A stretch of 59,948 bases of DNA from a virus. Lineage: Duplodnaviria; Caudoviricetes. A model generated the notes under the pieces. It ran no database searches. It was not told where the DNA came from and was given only the letters and a program-made list of their open reading frames with translations. This document shows positions 54,356 through 59,948 of this stretch, in pieces (the first letter of the stretch is position 1; each line of letters opens with the position of its first letter). Where the stretch lies: the IMG/VR virus record IMGVR_UViG_3300044513_000342, positions 1 through 59,948 of that record, one strand, 5' to 3'. Both the position numbers and the translations under genes were made by a program.

Positions 54356-56152
54356 TTACTCTGAGAACGCAGCGAAGCTGCTTTTTGCTACATCAACATC
54401 TAAGTAAACCTCACGTTTTGCCACAATGTCATTCTCTAGAGGTTTAACTCTTAATTCAATACGATTATCACCAAAGGTCCCCTTAATGATAGTCATGTCA
54501 TACATTTTAATTTCGCCTTTTGCATAATCAATATCACCAACATTATCGTCCAAAAGGACTTTTTCGCCAGTGATTCCATCTAGTCTATATAGGACAATTT
54601 TGCCACCCCTATCCTCAAGATAGACAGTAAAATTAGGATATTCGGTAACAACGAAACCCGTTGAAGATACTACAGGGTCGTCATCATCAAGGAAGGCATT
54701 TTGATAACAAATTTCGTAGTATGATGTAGAGTTGATTTGTGCATAAAAATCTTTTCTCATCGTCACCGAAGTGAGATTTGAATTGATAGCGACATCAGAG
54801 TTATCGATAACAGCAACTGCTTTACTGTATCTAAACTTACCGTTAAACTTTTCTGTATTGGAGTTAATAATGTAAGATTGGAAGTCAGAAATTGCATTAT
54901 CTCTGATCTGCGTTTTAGTCAGTTCTGTTTTTCCTTGGTCATAGTAAATCCTACTATCAACTTCAACATAGAGAATAGATGGATCGATCAACTCGGGAAC
55001 AATAGCAGCAACTCTATAATCCTTCAACTTACTCCTGATTTCTTCTTTAGTAACAGAAGTCAACTTAGCAGCATCTGTTGGTTTGACAGCAATGAACACT
55101 TTACCGTATGCAGGTGGGTCTTGCTCTTCACCACCAAATACAATGATGTCACTAACTGCTGGATAAAGATTACGAACGATTGCACCATAGTCACCAGCGG
55201 TCACAGCGCGATCTTGCGCCGCAAACATCTTTGGAGCAGTAAACTTGATCTTAGATACACTTTCTGTCTCTGCGCCTCCTGCAGCGGCAGTTACGGTGGT
55301 TACAGAGGCACCTACGGTCGCTGGGTTGTTTCCAGACTGATTTACAAGAGTTCCAGAGAACGTAAATGTTCTGGCTCCGTTAGAATCTGCACCAGCAGTA
55401 ACTAGATAAGAAATTTCAATCTTCTCACCGTTCTCTAGTTTTCTTCCCAGTACACCATCACCAAATAGAACTTCATATCTCTGCTCAGAGATTTCCTCTA
55501 AGAAGAAAATTTGAGAAGATGGTTTAGCTTCTAAAATATTTTCAGATAACGTATACTCTTTGAACAAAGTAGACGTTGTGGATGGATAAACTTTAACTTG
55601 TATTGTTGATGTATCGATACCAGCGTTGTCGAGAATAAAACGCTGACTCGTCAATGCTGAATTGAAAGTGTATGTATTGGTCAACATAGCACCTTCTCTA
55701 AGTTCTAGACCGTCAAAATTTACGACGCCATTGACGACCTGACCTAGAACGTCTCTCGTTACTGCATATTGATACAGTGTATTATCAAACGAAGAGACAA
55801 AACCTGTTCCTGCCTTAAGTGTTAAACTTGTATCCGTAGTAGGAGCAGCATAAGTAATGGCAAGGTTTACATATGCTTTTGGTGCTGTCCTTGACTTAGG
55901 ACGATATCCTAGTTGCTTCGCAAGAGATACTACATTGTCTCTGAGGTTGGCAGAGTCAATGAACATCTCATTGACAGTCATGTTGGCATTAAATGCCGTG
56001 TAATATGTGTTATACGCCAATACATCGATCAGGGTTGCAAAAGCAGAACCCTCAAAGTCATAATCGGTAAAATCAGAGTTAGACCTTAAGTAATCTTTAA
56101 GGGCTGCTTTGATTTCAACGAAATCTAAGTTTGCTACCTGTGTGTATGGCAT
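54356..56152 (-). CDS. gp6: Baseplate wedge subunit gp6
   Basis: LDFVEIK, FTDYDFEGS, LAYNTYY, AKQLGYRP, FGDGVLG, QDRAVTAGDY. Confidence 0.96.
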   Translation of the reverse strand: MPYTQVANLDFVEIKAALKDYLRSNSDFTDYDFEGSAFATLIDVLAYNTYYTAFNANMTVNEMFIDSANLRDNVVSLAKQLGYRPKSRTAPKAYVNLAITYAAPTTDTSLTLKAGTGFVSSFDNTLYQYAVTRDVLGQVVNGVVNFDGLELREGAMLTNTYTFNSALTSQRFILDNAGIDTSTIQVKVYPSTTSTLFKEYTLSENILEAKPSSQIFFLEEISEQRYEVLFGDGVLGRKLENGEKIEISYLVTAGADSNGARTFTFSGTLVNQSGNNPATVGASVTTVTAAAGGAETESVSKIKFTAPKMFAAQDRAVTAGDYGAIVRNLYPAVSDIIVFGGEEQDPPAYGKVFIAVKPTDAAKLTSVTKEEIRSKLKDYRVAAIVPELIDPSILYVEVDSRIYYDQGKTELTKTQIRDNAISDFQSYIINSNTEKFNGKFRYSKAVAVIDNSDVAINSNLTSVTMRKDFYAQINSTSYYEICYQNAFLDDDDPVVSSTGFVVTEYPNFTVYLEDRGGKIVLYRLDGITGEKVLLDDNVGDIDYAKGEIKMYDMTIIKGTFGDNRIELRVKPLENDIVAKREVYLDVDVAKSSFAAFSE

Positions 56153-56545
56153 TTATCGTGTGCTCTCTAGGAAGAATTCAACGTTCACTGGTACATCCTC
56201 TCTACCAACAATCAAGTACGATAATTCCACTTCAAATCCATTGTTCTCGTAATCTGGACTAACAATAACCGTGTCTACAATTACACGAGGTTCATAATTT
56301 GAAATACACTCTTGAACTGCTCTCTTAATTAGTGCAGCAGTACCAAAGTCCAGAGGTTCGAACAATAATCTGTAGATATCAGACCCCAACTGAGGTTGAA
56401 ATGGTCTCTCCCCCTTATTAGTAAGGAGGAGATTGCGAATAGATTGTACGATTGCAGCCTTATCCTTGACAACGACTAAATCATCGCTGACAGGGTGTTT
56501 CTTAAATGTAACGCTCAAGTCCTTGAACGTCTGAAACGCAGGCAT
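56153..56545 (-). CDS. gp25: Baseplate wedge subunit gp25
   Basis: FKDLSVTFKKHP, IRNLLLTNKGERPFQPQLGS, YEPRV; late promoter AATAAATA at 56569-56576. Confidence 0.95.
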   Translation of the reverse strand: MPAFQTFKDLSVTFKKHPVSDDLVVVKDKAAIVQSIRNLLLTNKGERPFQPQLGSDIYRLLFEPLDFGTAALIKRAVQECISNYEPRVIVDTVIVSPDYENNGFEVELSYLIVGREDVPVNVEFFLESTR

Positions 56546-56575
56546 GGAGATACTATATGACTACGTTTTATTTAT

Positions 56576-56791
56576 TCACTCGTGCCAACGCTCTACAAAA
56601 TCGTCAAATCCACCTGCTCCTCCACAAGGGCGCTCAAGGCGATCTTCGGGCAGGGGGTATAGTTCGTCCTTTTTCTTTGCTCTACGACGCTTTGCAGCGG
56701 CGTCTAGGTATCTGTCACTGTCTGTTTCTGTAATCAGTGTCATACCTTCTTCAATAAATTCTCCACTTTTGTCTACTGGAAAGAGTCCCAT
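56576..56791 (-). CDS. Hypothetical protein
   Basis: 71 aa; strong SD GGAGG 7 nt upstream of the ATG. Confidence 0.75.
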   Translation of the reverse strand: MGLFPVDKSGEFIEEGMTLITETDSDRYLDAAAKRRRAKKKDELYPLPEDRLERPCGGAGGFDDFVERWHE

Positions 56792-56792
56792 T

Positions 56793-56836
56793 AAAAAACC
56801 TCCCTAAAGTCTGTTTCCAGAACTTTTAGAGAGGTT
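56793..56836 (-). promoter_or_regulatory. GAAA-tetraloop hairpin with U-tract that sequesters the SD of 56576..56791
   Basis: Minus strand AACCTCTCTAAAAGTTCTG-GAAA-CAGACTTTAGGGAGGTTTTTT-A-ATG. Confidence 0.65.
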
Positions 56837-56853
56837 GCTATCTCTAGGACTAT

Positions 56854-57000
56854 TTATTTGCCTTGACCGCGATACTTCTTCCTTGCTTTGTTACGACTGG
56901 TGGCAGCATACAGGGTGTGCTTAGAAGTGCCCTGACGAGTCTTCTTGGGTTTCGACTCAATGATTTTCTTGCCGCTCAGTCCGACTTTTGCTCGTGCCAT
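56854..57000 (-). CDS. Highly basic 48-aa protein (not in ORF track)
   Basis: MARAKVGLSGKKIIESKPKKTRQGTSKHTLYAATSRNKARKKYRGQGK; has its own extended -10 upstream; the stop overlaps late promoter AATAAATA (56851-56858). Confidence 0.8.
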   Translation of the reverse strand: MARAKVGLSGKKIIESKPKKTRQGTSKHTLYAATSRNKARKKYRGQGK

Positions 57001-57024
57001 AGTGTTTTATTAATTGACTTGGAT

Positions 57025-57035
57025 ATTATAGCACA
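57025..57035 (-). promoter_or_regulatory. Sigma70-type extended -10 promoter (TGTGCTATAAT)
   Basis: TGnTATAAT 24 nt upstream of ATG 57000. Confidence 0.65.
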
Positions 57036-57467
57036 TTATGTGCCTTCTTGTGGTATTTCTGGTTCAGGTGGTTCTGGTTGTGTTACAGATCCATCATCAT
57101 TTACGATTGCCGTAGCTAGCGGAGCAGCACCCATAAAAACAGTGACACTCGCGGATCCAATCATTGGTGCCCCAAAGTTTGTTACGGAACCAATCGTAGC
57201 AGCACACCCACCATTGATATACACTCTACTATGTCCAGTAATCAATACGTCTGGATGCGGAGGTGGTGGTGGAATAATAGGAATAGTATGCGGAATGCAC
57301 GTATTCCCCGTGCTCATTGCGGGTAGACCATTAATATACACGTTAGATGAATACCCTGCTCCTGGTGGATGCACGGGATTCAATGTTGTAAATGTTGGAA
57401 TAGGAATAGGGTGGATATCGTGGTTTGCATAAGGACCCACGCCTCTCCTAAAAATAGGCATTGCCAT
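57036..57467 (-). CDS. PAAR-domain spike-tip protein (gp5.4-like)
   Basis: SSNVYINGLPAMSTGNTCIPH, GHSRVYINGGCAATIG, GSASVTV; His/Cys metal ligands. Confidence 0.85.
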   Translation of the reverse strand: MAMPIFRRGVGPYANHDIHPIPIPTFTTLNPVHPPGAGYSSNVYINGLPAMSTGNTCIPHTIPIIPPPPPHPDVLITGHSRVYINGGCAATIGSVTNFGAPMIGSASVTVFMGAAPLATAIVNDDGSVTQPEPPEPEIPQEGT

Positions 57468-57468
57468 A

Positions 57469-58620
57469 TTACAACGATATATCGGTCGTAACGTTATTTA
57501 TCCCTGCCTTTGAGAAATATTGTTCGTATCGTTGGTTCGGAATCTCGCCGTTATACCTCACAGGCAAATAGAAATACCAAATATTATTACTTAAGTTACT
57601 TGCAAAAGTCTCAAATGCTGCAGCACCAAGTTCTTGACGTACAACCTCATCTGGTCCTGTTAGCACATCGGGCACTACAATCGTCGTACAGGCGACTTTG
57701 ATGGTATAAACGATACAATCCATCTCTGAACCCTTAATGTCTGCTATAAGACCAGCACGAGGGTTCCCAGAGTCATCTACTTGGGTGAATGTATTATAAT
57801 ATTCGTTGCCAATCGTCGCGGCGTCGGCGTATTCGGTTATAGCGGTGTTCAGATAACTGTTCTGTACATACCGATCCCATGAAGAGGTACTGAATTCAGG
57901 AATCGATCCGTCATAAGGAATCTCAACATCTCGGAGAATCCATGCCCCATCAGATCTTACTTTGATAACCTCGGCGTACTCGTACCCTAACGCATCGGCT
58001 CCGCCATACCCATATTGTGGTTGACCATACTTTGTACCATTCACAATAGTCATCTCATGGTCATAGAATCCCCACTCGGTGCAACGCCCAGAGATCTCAG
58101 CAATTCCCAAATACCCAAGCGTAATGATCGGGGGAATGTAGTTGAGGTTCTGGGCAATCTCTACACCAGGATCCAAACTACCGTTGAAAGATGGTAAAAG
58201 ATTCAACCTCCCCCATGCTTTCTCAATAACATCCCCACCATAATAAGCGGGTTCATAATTCACTAAGTCATTCGCAGTCTGCTCATCCATGCCTTCGTAA
58301 TCTGCTGTTTCACGAGGCCACAGGTCAATCCGCTCAATCGTCACATTCATCGTGACAATCCGTTCATCCTCAAATGCTGGAACCATCCAAATCTGAGTAG
58401 GCTGGATCTCCTCCCATGTTAACCACGGAGGGGTCTGTGAGATGAGACCTAATTGCAATCCATCGATAATCGCTTGATTGTCCTTTGGATAAAACCTCCC
58501 AGCATAAAACGGTACACCATTCTGACTCTGTAACGTCTGCAGTTTACTAAAGTCCGCTAATTCAATCGGACCAATGCCGCCCATCGAGGGTGCTAAGAAA
58601 TTGATGAACGGTACTGCCAT
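57469..58620 (-). CDS. Hypothetical protein (acidic, 383 aa)
   Basis: Long ORF with TAATG overlap upstream and directly before the PAAR gene. Confidence 0.8.
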   Translation of the reverse strand: MAVPFINFLAPSMGGIGPIELADFSKLQTLQSQNGVPFYAGRFYPKDNQAIIDGLQLGLISQTPPWLTWEEIQPTQIWMVPAFEDERIVTMNVTIERIDLWPRETADYEGMDEQTANDLVNYEPAYYGGDVIEKAWGRLNLLPSFNGSLDPGVEIAQNLNYIPPIITLGYLGIAEISGRCTEWGFYDHEMTIVNGTKYGQPQYGYGGADALGYEYAEVIKVRSDGAWILRDVEIPYDGSIPEFSTSSWDRYVQNSYLNTAITEYADAATIGNEYYNTFTQVDDSGNPRAGLIADIKGSEMDCIVYTIKVACTTIVVPDVLTGPDEVVRQELGAAAFETFASNLSNNIWYFYLPVRYNGEIPNQRYEQYFSKAGINNVTTDISL

Positions 58621-58901
58621 TAGACTGCCTTTGCTACCTTCAGAAGGTCCTTCTTAATCCCCTCAACGTTATTATGTAGATAGTCAAGCGTCTGTGCTAA
58701 GGTCTCCCTCTCCGTCGCTGTAGGTCGCTTGTACATCAATTGTGGATTCTCCAGCTTTAGGAGTCTCTCCTCCAGGTTCGCTAATTTCGCGGACAGCACT
58801 AGGAGTATCTCCTCTACCTTGAGCGGCGTATCGTTGGAGGACTGGTTGCTCTTTGTCTCCTCTGAGGAATCGTTCTGCTGCTTGTTGTTCAAATCCATCA
58901 C
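58620..58901 (-). CDS. Hypothetical coiled-coil protein (start uncertain)
   Basis: LMYKRP...TLDYLHNNVEGIKKDL; the stop is coupled to the next start; overlaps 58684..58956. Confidence 0.6.
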   Translation of the reverse strand: MMDLNNKQQNDSSEETKSNQSSNDTPLKVEEILLVLSAKLANLEERLLKLENPQLMYKRPTATERETLAQTLDYLHNNVEGIKKDLLKVAKAV

Positions 58902-58956
58902 AAAATGTGTCGAAGTTTGCTAATATATCGTCGTAGTTCTGAAAGGGGTTTTCCAT
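58684..58956 (-). CDS. Hypothetical acidic protein, first gene after the late promoter
   Basis: NFDTFCDGFEQQAAERFLRG; first ATG downstream of GATAAATA at 59017-59024. Confidence 0.6.
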   Translation of the reverse strand: MENPFQNYDDILANFDTFCDGFEQQAAERFLRGDKEQPVLQRYAAQGRGDTPSAVREISEPGGETPKAGESTIDVQATYSDGEGDLSTDA

Positions 58957-59016
58957 GATTTTTTTGCTGGGAAATTTTTTTGGATTTCAAGGTTTTCAAA
59001 AAACCATTTTCAAAAA

Positions 59017-59024
59017 TATTTATC
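59017..59024 (-). promoter_or_regulatory. Late promoter GATAAATA at the start of the structural region
   Basis: NATAAATA in the AT-rich intergenic segment. Confidence 0.65.
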
Positions 59025-59089
59025 GGTCGTCTGGATACTTTTGTAGGTTAGGAGGGACCCATGGATTTCGCTTGGCCCGCTTGGGTATA

Positions 59090-59116
59090 ACATAAGGGGG
59101 CCAATTAACTGCCCCC
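59090..59116 (-). terminator. Probable terminator ending the early-gene block
   Basis: Minus strand GGGGGC-AGTTAATTG-GCCCCC-TTATGTT, 15 nt after the HicA-like stop. Confidence 0.6.
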
Positions 59117-59131
59117 AGTGTCACTAACTGT

Positions 59132-59308
59132 TCATGCGCTAAGTGTAACTAATTGCTTGGCAATCAATCGTGCTGTGTGTTGCTTTGGTCTGTAGGGCAT
59201 ACACATCACATTGCCACATGTATGCACCCATTTCATATGCTTACTGCCTTTGCGTTCTAATACCCAACCATGGGCAATTGCAAGGCGTTTGAGTTGCTTG
59301 TCTGTCAT
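59132..59308 (-). CDS. HicA-family mRNA interferase-like protein (58 aa, not in ORF track)
   Basis: MTDKQLKRLAIAHGWVLERKGSKHMKWVHTCGNVMCMPYRPKQHTARLIAKQLVTLSA; GW-x3-R-x-GS-x-H-x4-H...P pattern of HicA. Confidence 0.7.
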   Translation of the reverse strand: MTDKQLKRLAIAHGWVLERKGSKHMKWVHTCGNVMCMPYRPKQHTARLIAKQLVTLSA

Positions 59309-59346
59309 GTGGTTAGTGTAGAGAAATGCCTAGGTGCTAGGATGGG

Positions 59347-59520
59347 TCACCATGCGGGCAGGCGGTCGATCGCTTCCTGTGCATGGTGCTCAGCGTAGAC
59401 GCCTGCGATCATGTAGGCGCTGTGTGCTGTGCCCTGTAGGGTGTTGCTGCTGACCCATCCTGTCTGGCGGGTGCTGATGTCAGAGGCGAGGCGGAAGCAG
59501 GTGGGGTTGCGCTTGGTCAT
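59347..59520 (-). CDS. Hypothetical early protein (57 aa)
   Basis: Start re-called to MTKRNPT (ATG 59520), downstream of an extended -10. Confidence 0.7.
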   Translation of the reverse strand: MTKRNPTCFRLASDISTRQTGWVSSNTLQGTAHSAYMIAGVYAEHHAQEAIDRLPAW

Positions 59521-59543
59521 GGTGTCTGTGTGTTGTCTGGTGT

Positions 59544-59553
59544 ATTGTAGCAC
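59544..59553 (-). promoter_or_regulatory. Early-type extended -10 promoter (GTGCTACAAT)
   Basis: TGnTACAAT 23 nt upstream of ATG 59520, followed by an AC-rich leader. Confidence 0.65.
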
Positions 59554-59566
59554 GGGGGGCGACCCC

Positions 59567-59836
59567 TCAGAGGTCTGCCATCATCTCATTCATCTCGTCT
59601 GCATCGATGGCGACGCTATCCCATGCCACACCGTCGCCAGTCTTGACAAGGTGGCGTCCGATCTGCCCGTCGGTCATGCAGCGCACGAACTTCTCCCAAG
59701 GGGTCTCGTCATCAGAGCAGAACTCCACACACGCCTTGGCGGTGTTGTAGAGGAATTCATCGTTGCCGATCCAGAGGGAGGCATTCCAGGTCTCGTAGTT
59801 TGCCCAACCGTTGTAGGTGCTGGTGGAAGCGGTCAT
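59567..59836 (-). CDS. Conserved hypothetical early protein
   Basis: YNGWANYETWNASLWIGNDE motif, typical of cyanophage early small genes. Confidence 0.8.
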   Translation of the reverse strand: MTASTSTYNGWANYETWNASLWIGNDEFLYNTAKACVEFCSDDETPWEKFVRCMTDGQIGRHLVKTGDGVAWDSVAIDADEMNEMMADL

Positions 59837-59862
59837 GATCTCGGTTCGTTTGGTATGTGTAA

Positions 59863-59919
59863 ATTCTACAGGGTCAGGCGGCGATGGCAGACCCCATGTG
59901 GACAGTCTGCAGATTGACC
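59863..59919 (-). promoter_or_regulatory. Early promoter (-10 TAGAAT at 59863-59868) with an upstream imperfect palindrome (59900-59919)
   Basis: Minus strand GGTCAATCTGCAGACTGTCCAC...CTGCCA-16 nt-TAGAAT; 8 of 10 palindromic pairs match. Confidence 0.6.
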
Positions 59920-59948
59920 TCTGCCCAATCGTATTCTTCCTTCAGTTG
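59874..59948 (-). CDS. C-terminal fragment of an upstream early gene (runs off the window edge)
   Basis: Open frame QLKEEYDWAEVNLQTVHMGSAIAA* from the window edge to TGA at 59874-59876. Confidence 0.5.
   Translation of the reverse strand, partial: QLKEEYDWAEVNLQTVHMGSAIAA

Noticed and set aside
108-59917. Many plus-strand ORFs of 60-190 aa in the track (e.g. 19381..19836, 36444..36965, 54878..55405, 56863..57432, 59429..59917)
   Set aside because: They are antisense shadows of well-supported minus-strand genes, with no recognisable motifs or expression signals.
1-59948. tRNA, rRNA, CRISPR array or IS element
   Set aside because: Intergenic gaps are short, and I saw no cloverleaf, regularly spaced direct repeats or transposase.

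Overview
This window is about 60 kb of a T4-like marine cyanophage (Synechococcus/Prochlorococcus myovirus type), with essentially every gene on the minus strand. In transcription order (right to left) it runs: the end of a GC-richer early-gene region with sigma70-like promoters and a HicA-like ORF; an AT-rich intergenic switch region; a PAAR protein and gp25, gp6, a giant gp7 and gp8; three very large virion/tail proteins (2822, 1789 and 2895 aa); a six-gene cassette (virion-type protein, two hypotheticals, a U32-like/methyltransferase fusion, two 2OG-Fe(II) oxygenases); gp13-gp16; an accessory island (plastocyanin, an NdhP-like micro-protein, several small membrane ORFs missed by the ORF track, a thermonuclease); then gp17, gp18, gp19 and the start of portal gp20. 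The most striking observation is four phycobiliprotein-like helical domains inside gp7 and the 2895-aa tail protein. Three keep a Cys at the position of the Cys84 bilin site and all four have a Cys matching the beta-155 site. Other highlights are a cupredoxin-like His/Cys/His/Met site in a tail protein, a candidate -1 programmed frameshift (A AAA AAG) upstream of petE, the putative modification cassette, and late promoters placed inside hairpins. All assignments come from reading the sequence and recalling family motifs; no database searches were run.
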